Positions 38,949 to 57,382 of a DNA stretch of 64,000 nt are shown here, one piece after another (position 1 is the first letter of the stretch; each line of letters opens with the position of its first letter). The DNA comes from the human T2T-CHM13v2.0 reference genome, Homo sapiens: assembly GCF_009914755.1 (NCBI RefSeq), contig NC_060925.1. One strand, 5' to 3'. The position numbers and the translations under genes are program-made. The notes below the pieces were generated by a model, which worked only from the letters and a program-made list of their open reading frames with translations, was not told where the DNA came from and made no database searches.

Positions 38949-41900
38949 GTTATTGAACGTGGAACCCAGGTATGGCTCAGACCTGGCCCAAAACTCAACT
39001 TCGGGGACATGCCCACTGACATTAACTTCCTGGCATTGCCCACCTGGCCTTAACTTCTCAGACATCCCTACTCGGCCTCAAACAGCTGATACTATTCACC
39101 TGATTTTAACCATCTGGTTTGACCCTCCCAGCCTTATACACAGAGCCTTCACAGCTGTCCTTTCACATTCTAGTCTTACGTAGGCGGCTATAGATTCCTG
39201 GCCTTAACCTCTGGCCTTACCCATGTGGCCTTAATCTTTTGGCCTTAATCCCCTGTCCTTACAAATGGAATGTTACCCACCTACCTTAACCTCTTCAACT
39301 TACACACCTGATGTTCACCACGTAACTTTATAGAGCTGGCCTTCACTTCCTGGCCTTATCTACCTGGCCTTAACCACTTGGCATTATTCACCTTCCGGCC
39401 CAACACACTAGGCCTTACTCACGTGGCCTTATTAAACATATGACCATACTCACCCACCTGGCCTCACCTAGCATGACTTAATCTTCAGGACTTATACCCA
39501 TCTGGTGTTAACCATGTACCTTTACTCAGCGGGGCTTCACCTCCAAACAGCACCCTCTCTGTCCCACTCATGTATAATTAGCCTCTTGTCATTTAGCTGG
39601 CTTACAGACTTGGCCTTGATCCTCCCAGAAGTTTCCCCATTGATTTACCAGCCTGATGTGTTAACCAAATAGTTTTTTATTCAGCTGGATTTAAACACCA
39701 ATTTTAACAACCTGGACTTACTCACCAGATGTTACTTAACTTGATGGCCTTAATCACCTTATCTTGTCCTCATAGTATTACTAATCTGGCTTTATCCACC
39801 TGGCCTTATGAAACTCCTGGCCTTACCCAGTCTTAATTTTCTGGCCTAAAAGAACCGGGCTTACCAACCTGGCCATAACCTCCTGCCTTTAACCACCTGT
39901 TTATAACCAGTTATTTAATTTGCTGGCCTCATTCTCTGGTCAGTATCCAACTGATCTTACCCATGAGGCCTTACACCCTGGCCTTACCCGCCTCATTTTA
40001 CTGCACGGGGCAGACCCCACTAGCCTTCCTCACCTGGCCTTCCCCTATGGGCCTTAACCTCATGGCCCTAACAACCTGGATTAGCCACCTAGTTTCCCCA
40101 CTTAGTCTTACTGACCATACATGACCCACATGGCCTTTATACTTAATTGACCCAAATGTCCTTAACCTTCTGGTTTTACCTACAGGCCTTAGCCCCTAGG
40201 CCTTACCCCACTGGATTTATCTCTCTAGGTTGATTCCTCTGGACTTATCCCCCTTCCATTATTCTCTAGATTTCCCCTGCCCAGTCTTAGACACCTTTCT
40301 TAACCCATCTGGAGTTAACCAACTGGCCTTAAACTCATGGCTTTACCAACCTGGATCACCAACTGAGCTTACCAACCTGCCCTTCCCGCCTGGCCTTATC
40401 CTTCCATTCTTAGTCACATGGACATCTTCCTGGCCTAAACTGCCTAGCTTTAACCTCTTAGCACTACCCAATTGGAGTTATCAATCCACCTTTAATCAGT
40501 AGGCCACTGGGTTGAGGCCTACTGATTAAAGGTGGGTTGACAACTCCAATCGGATAGTGCTAATCACCTGGACTTTTAAATTCCTTGGCATCCTGACTTG
40601 GTCTTACATCACCTTGGTCTTAACCTAGATCTACCCACCTGCCTCGTTAACCTCCTGGCCTTACTCATCCAGTATTACTCCTGTGACGTTATGCACCTGA
40701 CTTATACAACTGACCCTATTGGTATTAACCTCATGGTTTTACCAACCAGAATTACTGAGCTGATTTTGCCTACTCAACCTTACTCTGCTGGCCTTCAGAA
40801 TTTGTCTCAACCTTCTGGTCTGAGTCACCTGTCCTGGCTCTACCGGCCTTAATCTAGTGGCATTATCCTCTGTCCTTGCCCCAGGCCATACTTTCCTAGC
40901 CTTCACCTTTTGGCCTGACCACATGGCCTTATCCAGCTGACTTTATGCACTTGACCATTTAAGCCTCCTGGATTTACCTGCTAGGTGTTAGCCACCTGGC
41001 CTTACTAGACTTATACCCATATTCATCTGCCTGGCGTCACCAAGCATGACTTAATTTGCTGGTGTTATACTCATCTTGTGTTAACTAGCTAGCTTTATCC
41101 AGCTGGCTTTCAGCTCCTCACCTTACCCTCAGTGTCTTACCCATGTGGTATTAGCCTCCTGTCATAATTGAGGTAGCTTGCAGACTTGGCCTTAATCCTC
41201 CTGGGGGTTTCCTTATTGATTTACCAGCCTGGTGTTAACTAAATAGTTTTTTTAATTCATCTGGATTTAAACAACGTGGTTTCAAAAACCTGCCCTTCCT
41301 CACCAGACCATATTAACCTTACTGTCTTAATCACCTTATCCTCATGGTATTACCAATCTGGCTTAATCCATTTGGACTTAAATAATCGCCTAGCCTTACT
41401 CACTCAATCTTAATTTTCTGGACTGACATACCTGGCCTTACCCACCTCATTTTACCACCCTGGCCAGAACCTGTTAGCCTTCCCCACCTGGCCTAACCCT
41501 ATTTGCATTAACCGCATGGTCTTAAAACCTGGAGTAGCCACCGAGTGTTGCCATCTGGTCTTACTGACCATATATAACCCACATGGCCTTCACAATTGGT
41601 TTACACGGTGGTCCTTAACTTTCTGGTTTTATATACCTGGTCTTACCCCCTTGGCATAAGGCCCCTGGATTTACCTTTCTAGGTGTATTCCCCTAAACTG
41701 AGCCCTACCCTTATTCCCTAGATTTCCCCTCGTGTCCTCCTGTGACTGAGACACCTTGCATTACCCATTTGGACTTACCCAACTGGTCCTAACCTCACGG
41801 CCTTACCAACCTGGATAACCAACTTAGATTTTCTACCTGGACTTGCCACCTAGTGTTAAACTTCCATTCTTAGTCACATGGCCTTCATCCCCTTGCCTGA

Positions 41901-44900
41901 ACTACCTAGCTTTAACTTCTTAGCATTACATAATTGGAGTTACCACCTAGCTTTATCCAGTAGGCCTTAAACTGCTGGCCTAATCCACCTGGCCTTTTAA
42001 ATTACTTGGCTTCCGGACTTGGTCTTAACCTAGATTTACCCACCTGCCTTGTTAACCTCCCGGCCTTACTTACTCAGTGTTAATCCCCAGGTCTTACACA
42101 CTTGGCTTACCCACCTGGCCTTACCCTACTGGTGTTAATGTCATGGCTTTACCTACCAGAATTAGCCAATTGGTCTTACCAACCCAGACTGACCCAGCTG
42201 GTCTTCATAATTAGTCTCAACCTTCTGATCTTACTCACCTGTCCTAGCCCTACGTGCTTTAACATCGTGTCATTATCCTCTGGCTACCCCGGCTATACTT
42301 TCCTAGCCTTCACCTATTGGCCTTACCACATGGCCTTAACCACTTGGCCTTATTAACCTCCTGGCTTTATTCACTAGGCCATAACCACCACCTAGGCTAA
42401 TTAAACTTATAGCCATGCTCACCTGCCTTAGTCACCTGCCTGGCCTCACCAAGCATGACTTAATCTGCTGGCCTTATATCCATAAGGTGTTAACCAGATA
42501 GCTGTATTAAGCTGGCCATCACTTCTTCCCTTCCCCTCAGTGTCTTCTCCACCCAGTGTCATTATTTACCTGGCTTACCAACTTGGGCTTCATCCTAAGG
42601 CCTGGGTGTTTCCCTGTTGATTTACTGGCCTGGTGTTAACCAAATGGTTTCTTATTCAGCTGGATTTTAACACCTGGTTTTAATAACCTGGTTGTACTCA
42701 CCAGACTTTATTAATCTCATTGCCTTATCTTATCCTCATGGTATTATGAATCTGGCTTTACCCATCTGGCCTTACTAAATACTCATGGACATGCTCACCC
42801 AGTCTTAATGTCCTGGCCTAAGAGACCTATCCTTATCCACCTGGCCATAACTTCCCACCATTTTCCACCTATTCTTAACTACCTGGCTGTCCTCAATGCC
42901 CGTCAGTACCCACCTGATCTTACTGATGAGGCCTTACTCCCCTGCTGATACTCCCTGGCCTCACCCACCTCATTTTACTGGAATGGCCAGACCCCAGTAT
43001 TCTTAGCCTCCTGGGCTAACCCTATTGGCCTTATCCTTGTGTACTTAACAACCTGGAGTAAGCAACTAGTTTTCCCACCTGGTCTTACTGAGCATACATG
43101 ACCCACGTGGCCTTCATACTTGGTTTACACAACTGTTCTTAACCTTCTAGTTATATCTACCGGGACTTAACCCCCTGGATTTACCTCCCTAGGTTCACTC
43201 CCCTAGACTTAGGCCCCTTTACTTACTCCTCAGATATCTGCCCCCCTGGATGTAGACACTTTGCATTACCCATCTGGATTAGACTGGTCTTAACCTCATG
43301 GCCTTACCATCCAAGATTACCGACTTAGCTTACCTCCCTGGCCTTCCTCCCTGGCCTTAATGTTCCATTCTCACTCACATGGCCTTAACCTTCTGGCGTA
43401 AGGTGCCTAGCTTTAAACTCTTAGCTTTACCCACTTAAACTCAGCCACCTAGTTGTATTCAGGGAGGCCTTAACTTACTGGCCTTACCCATCTGGCCTTT
43501 TAAATAGCTTGGCTTCCTGACCCGGCCTAAGCCTCATGGTTTTGCCAACTTAGATTTACCCACCTGCCTTATGAACCTCCTGGCCTCACTCATTCAGTAT
43601 TAATCCCCTGGCCTTATGCACCTGGCTTACCCACCTGGCCTTACCCTACTGGCTTTAACATCATGTCCTTACCAACCAGAGTTATCCAACTGATCTTACC
43701 TACTCGGCCTTAACCAATTGGCCTTCACAATTAGTCTCAACCTTCTGGTCCTACTTAGCTGTCTCAGCCCTACTGGTCTTAATCTAGTGTCATTGTCTGC
43801 TGTCCCAGCCCCTGACTTTACTTTCCTGGCCTTCACCTATTGGCTGTATTTTCTTGGCCTTACCCACTTGGCCTTGTTCAACTACTGGCCTCACCCAGTA
43901 GGCCTTCTACAACTGACATGATCAACCTGACAGCCAGACTCACCTGCCATATTCACCTGCCTGGCCTAAGCCAGCATAATATGACTTAATCTGCTGGCCT
44001 CATACCCATCTGGTGTTGACTACATGGTTTTATTCAGCTGGCCTTCACCTCCTTGCCTTCCCTGCACTGTCTTGCCCACCTAGTATTAGTTTCCTGTCAT
44101 TATTTAGCTGGCTTGGCAACTTGGCATTAATCCTACTGGGAATTTATCCTTTGATTTACCAGCCTGGGGTTACCCAAATAGTCTTTTCTTTGGCTAAATT
44201 TAAGTGCCTGGTTTTAATGATCTGGCCTTACTCACCAGACTGTATTAACCTCGTTGCCTTAATTACCTTACCCTCATGGCATTATTAAACAACCTTCATC
44301 CATGTGGCCCTATGAAACTCCTGGCCTTACTGACCCAGGCTTAATTTCCTGGCCTGACTAATGGTCTTGACCTTATCTACCTGGCCATAACTTCTCGCCA
44401 TTATCCACCTGTTCTTACCCACCTGGCTTTAATTCGCTGGCCTCAGTCTGCTGTCAAGACCTACCTGGTCTTGCCCATGGCACCTTACTACCCTTTCTTT
44501 ACTCCCTGGCCTTACCTACTTCATTTTCTCACCCTTGCCAGAACCCATTAGCTTTCCACACCTGGCCTAAACCTATGGGCCTTAACCTTATAGTCTCAGC
44601 AACCTGGATTACCTACCTAGTTTTCCTACCTAGTCTTACTCATCATGGGTTTCATGCTTAGTTTACACAGCTGTCCTTAACCTTCTAGTTTTATTTACCA
44701 GGGCTTAGTCCCCGGTCTTATTTTTCTAATTTACCTCCCTAGGTTTCCTCCCCTGGACTTATTTCCCTGCCCTTATTACCAAGATTTCCCCCCACACCTG
44801 GACTTAACACACCTTACATTTCCCACTTGGACTTCCCCATCTGGCCTTAACCTCATGGCCTCAATAGCTTACCAACCTGGCCTTCTCACCTGGTCTTAGC

Positions 44901-47277
44901 CTTTCATTCTTAGTCACATGGCCTCAACCTCCTAGCCTAATCTGCCTAGCATTAACTTCTCAGCCTTACCCAGTTGGAGTTATCCACCTAGCTGTACTTG
45001 ATGGCCTTAATTTTACTGGCTTTACCCATCTGGCTTTTTCAATCGCTTGGCTTCCTGACCCAGTGTTAACATCATGGTTTTGCCAAAATAAATTTACCCA
45101 CCTGCATTATTAACCTCCTGACCTTACTCATTCAGCATTAATCTGCTGGCCTTATGCACCTGGTTTACCCACCTGGCCTTACCCTACTGGCCTTAACTTC
45201 ATGTCCTTACCAACCCGAATCACCCAACTGATTTTATCTACCCAGCCTTACCCATTTGGCCTTCACAATTAGTCCCAACTTCTGGTCTTGCTCACATCTC
45301 ACAGCCCTACTGGCCTTAACCTGGTGGCATTATGCCTAGTCCTGACCCATGACCTTACTTTCCCGGACCTCACCTATTGACCTTCCCATGTGGCCTTATT
45401 TATCTGGCCTTACCCACTAGGCCTTCCCCACCTGACCTTATTAACTTTAGGGCCATACTCACCTGCTCTCTTCACCCACTTGGCCTCAGCCATCATGACT
45501 TAATCTGTTGGCCTCATACCCTTCTGGTGTTGACTACCTGGTTTTATTCAGTTGGCCTTCACCTCCTCGCCTTCCCACACTGTCTTACACAACTAGCATT
45601 AGCCTTGGGTCATCGTTTGTCTGGCTAGGAGAATTGCCCTTAATCCTACTGGGTGTTTCCCCCATCGATTTCCCGGCCTGAGAAAAGTCTTTTTATTTGG
45701 CTGGTTTTAAACACCTGGTTTTAACAACCTGACTGCACTCGGCAGAACTTATTAAGCTCCTTGGCTTCATCATTTTATCTTATCCTCGTGGTATTACAAA
45801 CCTGGCATTATCTGTCTTTATTAACCTCCTGGCCATACTCACCAAGTCTTAATTTCCTGGCCAAAAAGTCCTTCCCTTACCCGCTTGGCCATAACTTCCC
45901 GCTCACCATTATTCACCTGTTCTTACCCACCTGGATTTAATTTCCTGGCCTCAATCTCTGGTCAAGACCCATCCCGCCTGATCTTGCCCATGAGGCCATA
46001 CTCAGCTGCCTAACTTACTCCCTGGCTTTATCCACCACATTTTACATCCCTGGTCAGATCCCATTAGCCTTCCCCACCTGGCCTAACCCTATGGGCCTTA
46101 ACCTCATGGCCCTAAAAACTTGGATTAGCCACGTAGTTTTCCCACCTCGTCTTACCAACCATACATGACCCACATGGGCTCCACACTTGGTTAACACAAC
46201 TGTCCTTAGCCTTCTGGTTTTACCTACCAGGACTTAACCCCCTGGATTTACCTCCCTAGGTTTACTTTCCTGGTCTTATCCCCCTGCTTTTACTCCCTAG
46301 ATTTACCCCCAACTGCATGACCTCATCCCCACATTTTGACACCTTGCATTACCCACCTGGCCTTAATTTCATGGCCTTACCAACCTGGATGACCAACATA
46401 GCTTACCAACCTGGCCTTCCTGCCTTGTTTTAAGCTTTTGTTTTTACTCTCATGGCCTTAACCTCCTGGCCTAATCTGCCTAGCTTTAACCTCTTAGCAT
46501 TATCCAGGTGGAGTTAGCCACCTAGCTCTATTCAGGGAGGCCTTAACTTACTGGCTTTAGCCACCCAGCCTTTTCAATTGTTTAGCTTCCTAACCATCTT
46601 AACCTCATGGTTTTGCTAACTGAGATTTACCCACCTCCCTTATGAACCTCCTGGCCTTACTCATCCAGTATGAATCTCCTGGCCTTATGTACCTAGCATA
46701 CTCACCTGACCTTACCCTACTGGCATTAATGTCCTGTCCTTACCAATCTGAATCACCCAACTGATCTTACCTCCTCAGCCTTACCCACTTACCTAAGCCT
46801 TACCTTACCCATTAATTTGCCTTAACAATTAGTCTCAATGTTCGATTCTTCCTTCCTCAATTGCCCCAGCCCTACTGGTCTTAACCTGGTGTCATATCCT
46901 CTGTCCCAAACCTTGGCTTTCCTTTCCTGGCCTTCACCTGGTGGCATTCCCACATGGCCTTATTTACCTGGCCTTACCCACTAGGCCTTCCCCACCTGAC
47001 CTTATTAAGCTTAGGGCCATACTCATCTGCCCTCTTCACCTGCTTGGCCTCAGCCAGCATGGGTTAATCTGCTGGCCTTATACCCTTCTAGTATTGACCA
47101 ACTGGTTTTATTCAGCTGGTCTTCACCTCCTCACTTTCCCCACACTGTCTTACCTACCTAGCATTAGCCTTGGGTCATCATTTGTCTGATTTGGCGACTT
47201 GCCCTTAATCCTACAGGGTGTTTCTTCCGTTGATTTCCGAGCGTGGGTCTTTTATTCAGCGGGATTTAAACACTTGT

Positions 47278-47604
<327 letters not shown>

Positions 47605-49637
47605 TTAAACACCTGGTTTTAACAACCTGACTGCACTCAGCAGAACTTATTAAGCTCTTTGGCTTCATCACTCATCTTATCCTCATGCTATTACAAACCT
47701 GGCATTATCTATCTGGCTTTATTAACCTCCTGGCCATACTCACCGAGTCTTAATTTCATGGCCTAAAAGTTCTGCCCCTACACACCTGGCCAGAACTTCC
47801 CGCTCGCCATTATCCACCTGTTCTTACCCATCTAGCTTCAATTTGCTGGCCTTGATCTCTGGTCAAGACCCACGTGATCTTGCCCATGAGGCCTTACTCC
47901 ACTGCCGTTACTCCCTGTCCTTGCCCACCTTGTTTTACAGCCCTGGCCGTGCTCCATTAGCCTTTCTCACCTGGCCTAAACCTATGGGCCTTAACCTCAT
48001 GGCCCTAACAACCTGGATTAGCCACCCAGCTTTCCCATCTAGTCTCAACAACCATACATGACCCACATGGCCTTCACACTTGGTTTACACAACTGTCCTT
48101 AGCCTTCTGGTTTTATCTACCAGGACTTAAACCACTGGATTTACCTCCCTAGGTTTACTTCCCTGGACTTATCCCCCCTTGCCCTTATTCCCCAGATTTA
48201 CCACTGCTCCCTCACCCCATCCCCCAGACTTAGACACCCCCCATTAGCCACCTGGACTTACCCACCTGGCCTTAACTTTATGGCCTTACCCACCTAGATG
48301 ACCGATATAGCTTACTAACCTGGCATTCCCACCTGGCCTTAACCTTTTGTTCTAACTCACATGGCTTTAACCTCCTGAACTAACCTGCCTAGCTTTAACC
48401 TCTTACTATTACCCAGGTGGAGCTATCTACCTACCCATATTTAGGGAGGCCTTAACTTACTGGCATTACCCACCCAGGCTTTTCAATCACTTGGCTTCCT
48501 GACCCAGTCTTAACCTTATGGTTTTGCCAACTTATATTTAACCACCTGCCTTATAAACCTCCTGGCCTTTTGCATTCAGTATGAATTCCCTGGCCTTATG
48601 CACCTGCCTTACCCACCTGTCCATACCCCACTGGTGTTAAGATCGTGTCTTAACCAACCAGTAGTACCCAACTGATCTTACCTTCAAAACCTTCCAGTTG
48701 CCATTCATAATTCATCTCACTCTCTGGTCTTTTCTGTTCTAGTGCTACTGGCCTCAAGCTGGTATCATTATCCTCTGGACTTACCGCTGGCCTTAGTTTA
48801 CTGGCTTTTACCTATTGTTCTTACCACATGGCCTTATCTACATGGCCTTAGCTACTAGTCCTTAGCCCCCTGGCCTTACTTCCTTGGCCTTACCCATCTA
48901 TTTTTATATTCCTGTCTTTATGCACCTGTCTCTACTTACCTGGATTTACAAAACTGGCCTTTCCATCTTTCCGTTAATGTCCTGGATGTGACCTCCTAGC
49001 CTTCACCATGAAGACGTACACACCTAGTGCTAGCTACCTAGCTTCACACAGCTATCATTAGGGACCCGGGCTTGCTTCCTGCATTAACCTTTTGATGTTA
49101 ATATCCTTGCATTGAACTCTGGCTTTAGCACTGGGTCTTTATGTTTCTGCCTTGTCAATCTCCAGGCCTTACTCATCAGATACTATCATCTTGTTTTTTA
49201 CCACCTGGCTTTCAATTATTGGCTTCATCAACCTCGTGGCCTCACATATTACTAATGTCCTGGCCTAACCTGGTTTTATCCATCTGTCCTTAATGTAATG
49301 GTCTACCCCTGTGACTTTATACTGCGCTAAACCCCAGGGCCTCAGCTTCATGGCTTTACCTTTTTTGTCTTACCTACATGGATATGTCCACCTGGATTTA
49401 CCAACCTGGACTTATCAACCTGGACTTACCGCCTGGACTTTACCTTCTGAGTTAGCCAACTTGCCGTTATTAATATTATGGCCTTATCCACCTTGGTCTC
49501 AACTTCCTGGCCTGAAGTAAATGGGCTTAGCCATCTGCCCATAACCTCTTGATCTCACGTATCAGGCCTTATGCCCCTGCCCTTGACTACATCTCTGAAT
49601 CCCCCACCACCACCTTCTGCCTTACTTTCCTACTCTC

Positions 49638-49639
<2 letters not shown>

Positions 49640-49671
<32 letters not shown>

Positions 49672-49948
49672 ATGGAGTTTCACTCTTGTCGCCCACGCTG
49701 GAGTGCAATGGCACGATCTCAGCTTACCACAACCTCCACCCCCAGTTTCAAGCGATTCTCCTGCCTCAGCCTCCTGAGTAGCTGGGATTACAGGCATGCG
49801 CCACCACACCCAGCTAATTTTGTATTTTTAGTAGAGACGGAGTTTCTCCATGTTGGTCAGGCTGGTCCCCAACTCCCGATCTCAGGTGATCTGCCTGCCT
49901 CGGCCTGCCAAAGTGCTAGGATTACAGGCGTGAGCCACCGCGCCCGGC
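49640..49948 (-). mobile_element. AluSp-like with a (TG)n microsatellite tail (49640-49668)
   Basis: tttctccatgttggtcaggctgg; TG tract in place of poly-T. Confidence 0.88.
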
Positions 49949-52044
49949 CGACCTTTCTACTCTTTACCCCTAGCCCGTACCCACCTGGCCTTAAGCTTCT
50001 GGCTTTACCCACTCGGTTCTCTATGCCTGGACTTACGAGCTCCCTCATTTTACCCGGTCTTAACCTAAAGGCCCTCCCCACCTGACATATCCACCTGAGT
50101 TAGTCACTATTTTTTATTCACCTAACCTTAATCTATTGGCCTTAACCACCCAATCTTACCCACCTGGCCTTATCTACCTGGCCTTATCCACCTGGGCGTA
50201 ATCTTCTTGACATACATACCTAGTATTTTGTCACTGGCCTTACACTTCTAGCCTTAACCCACAGGTCTTACCCCCTGACCTACCCAACTGGTCTTATTAG
50301 TCTTCTGGCCTCAACCCACTTTGCTTACATACCTAGCTAACACACCTGGCCTTACCCACCTAGGCTTAATTTCCTGTCACTACCCACCTGTCCTTATGTC
50401 CCTGGCCTTCCCATGTGGCAGTAACCTCATGGCCTGAACTCCTGGCCATGGCTTCCTGGCCTTACACTCATGGCCTCACCCTGACGGCATTTCTCCCTGT
50501 ACCTACCCCATGCCTTACTTAACTGAACTTACACACCTCACCTTATTAACCTCCTGGCCATACTGACCTATTTTTAATCTACTGGCCTTCCACACATTGC
50601 TTATACCTCTGGCCTGCCCTCTTGGCTTATCCACTTGGGCTCAATCTCCTAGCCTTGTGGTCCTGTCCTGACCCTGTAGCATTAGCCCCTAGGGTTATCC
50701 CTTGGACATTATTATCTGGACGTGGGCTACTGGACTTAGCTTGACGTTTTAACCTCCTTACCTTAACTGTCTGACCCACCTGGTGTTAGCCTATTGGCTG
50801 TTGTCAGTTGACTTACCCACCTGGTCTTAATTTTCTGGCCTTATCCTGCTGGCCTTAGCCAGCTGGTGTTTAATTTCTTACTTTTATGCTCCTGGATTTA
50901 AATTCTGGTTTTACTCACCTGGCTTACCCACATGGCCTTACGTATGTGGCTTGACCACCTGGTGTTACCAGCCAGGCCTTATCTGTGAGCCCATACTCAC
51001 CTTGCTTTAATCTCATGTTCGTACTCTGTGACCTTACCCATCTTACCCATCTTGGCCTTACCCATCTTGCATTACCCAACTTACTTTATGCCCCTGGCCT
51101 TCCCTAACCCCACCAGCCTTATCTACTTGACCAGTTGCTACTGGCCTTGATGTCATGTCTGTACAAATGAGGATCACCCTCCTAGATTTCCCAAGTAGTC
51201 TAACCCGTCATGCCTTAACCGCTGGCCTTCATGCCTGGCCATAACATTCTAGTGTTACCCACCTGGATTCATCTCCCTGCCCATAACTACATGGCTATAA
51301 TGTCATGTGCTGCCGCCCTGGCCATCCCCCGTAGCCCTTAACCCATGGTGCTTATCATTCTTGGTGTAGGCCTCTGGCATTCCCCTATCCTTACCCACCC
51401 AGCAGCCTTACTTTCCTGGCCTTAACTAACTGGCCTTACCCACCTGCCCATACCCACTTGGTCGTACCCACTTGGCCTTAGCTCCTTTGCCTTCTCTTCT
51501 TACCCTTACCTTACCTGGCCCACCTCCAGACCTTTACAGCCTGGCCTTGAACGCCCAGCATTAATCTCATGGCCTGTGCCCTTTGCCTTAGCCTCCTGGC
51601 TTTGCACACCTGACCCTAACCTCTTGTCCTTAAATAACCAGATGTAAATTACCTAGTGTTACTTAGCTGGTCTTAACCTCACGGCCTTACCCACCTTGTC
51701 TACCAATCTGGCTGTAATTCTTTGGCCTTGTCCCCTTTGCCTACACCCCTGGCCTCCCCCTGGCCTTACTTTCCTGGGCTAAGCCACCTGGTCTTATTAA
51801 CCTCCTGGCATTACTCACCTGGTCATAATCTTATGGCCTTATGCAGTTGGCCTTAATTTTCTACCCTTATCCCTGTGGCCTCAGCCATTTAATTTTAACC
51901 CAATGGCCTTACCCCAGCCTCAGTCTAGTTGGCTTAATCCCCATGGCTTTACCCTCCCTGCGTCATCTCCCTGGTCTTATCCACCTAGCCTTGTCTGTCT
52001 GCTACTACCCACTTGCTTTTACCCAGCTGGCTTATCAGCCTTAA

Positions 52045-52576
<532 letters not shown>

Positions 52577-52663
52577 GTCTTGAAAAACAAACAAAAGTGG
52601 CTTTCCACAGCTTAGGTTAACTTCCTGCCCCTGCCTACCTAGTCTTGCCCATCTAATCGTATC

Positions 52664-52900
52664 CTGTGTCTATCCGGGTTCTCCAAAGAAACAGAGCCAG
52701 TGAGAGATATGTAATATGTATGAAAGATCTGTTTCAAAGAATTAGTCTATGTGATTGGGTGGGGCTAGCATGTCTCAAAACTTGATGCCGATGTCTTAAA
52801 GCAGAATTCCTTGTTCCGGAAACCTCAGTTTTTGGTCTTAAAACCTTCAACTGGTTAGGTGAGCCAAACTGACATTATTGAGATAATGTGACGTGTAACT
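52664..52900. mobile_element. MLT2-type LTR fragment
   Basis: gggttctccaaagaaacagagccag...aaagaattagtctatgtgattg...gcagaattccttgttccggaaacctcagtttttggtcttaaaaccttcaactgg. Confidence 0.7.
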
Positions 52901-53059
52901 ATACATCTATATACACACATACAAATACATGTGAAATTACTTATATGTAAACCAGTAAATATATGTAAAAGGATAAATATATAATCAGTGCCTAGCACAT
53001 AGTGGGTGATCAAAAAAATCTGCTATACCCTCATGGAGTGGTTTCTGCCAATATTCCCA

Positions 53060-56612
<3,553 letters not shown>

Positions 56613-57209
56613 CAGTTATCATCGTATTTTAACAGACCATGTTGCCAACATGATGTTCAATGTCTTCCATTTTGAAAAGTTAAAGATACTGTGGTTCACT
56701 CTGCAACCCATATTAACTGGTACATGAGCTTTCTCCTCTTTCTCCTCTGGGACTGGATAGTTTAGGTGAAGAAACACTGCGCCTCCAAGGGCTCCTGATT
56801 CTGTACAACATTATCTACCTTGAGCCATTTTTGACTCTTCACGTGTATATAACAACCAATAATGAGTCCTTTAACAAGGTAACGGCAGTGGAAATGTATA
56901 ATAAATGTTGAAGACTTTGTGGTTAAACATACCTGTTCATTGAGGTGGGTCTTGTCCCTGTAGATGTAAGTTCCCTTCGTAGTGGCTAAGACTGCAGGTG
57001 GGTGCCACCACTGTAGGGGTCTAACTTGGAGCTTGCTACAGAAAATCCCACGTGCCACACCCTCAGATCCATGGAGCGGGGTTTTTTCTCCAGGTGAAAA
57101 GAAAATAACAGATGGGGAAGAGCTATCCAGAGGTGGGGTGAATCCTGGCAAGCAGGCTTGGCCATGGAACGGGGTGCCCCACATTCAGCCTAGGCCACTT
57201 ATTTTCTGC

Positions 57210-57382
57210 AGCCTTGCTACTCAAAATGCAGGGTCTGCAGACTAGGAGACCATAAGAATCAGCATCAACTAGGAGCTTGTCAAAAAGCAAAATCATAGCC
57301 CTATCCCAGAGCTGCAGCATCAGAATCTACACTAGGCAGGAATCCCAAGTGACTCCTTTGCTGTTGAAGATTTGAGAAGCAA
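57210..57382. mobile_element. MER5-type DNA transposon
   Basis: gctactcaaaatg...atcagcatcaactaggagcttgtcaaaaagcaaaatc...atcagaatct...aagatttgagaagc. Confidence 0.65.

Noticed and set aside
49549-50085. 178-aa ORF
   Set aside because: Reads through a (TG)n tract, an antisense Alu and array monomers; typical Alu-derived pseudo-peptide. The same applies to the many other ORFs with [11 protein letters not shown] or PASASQ words.
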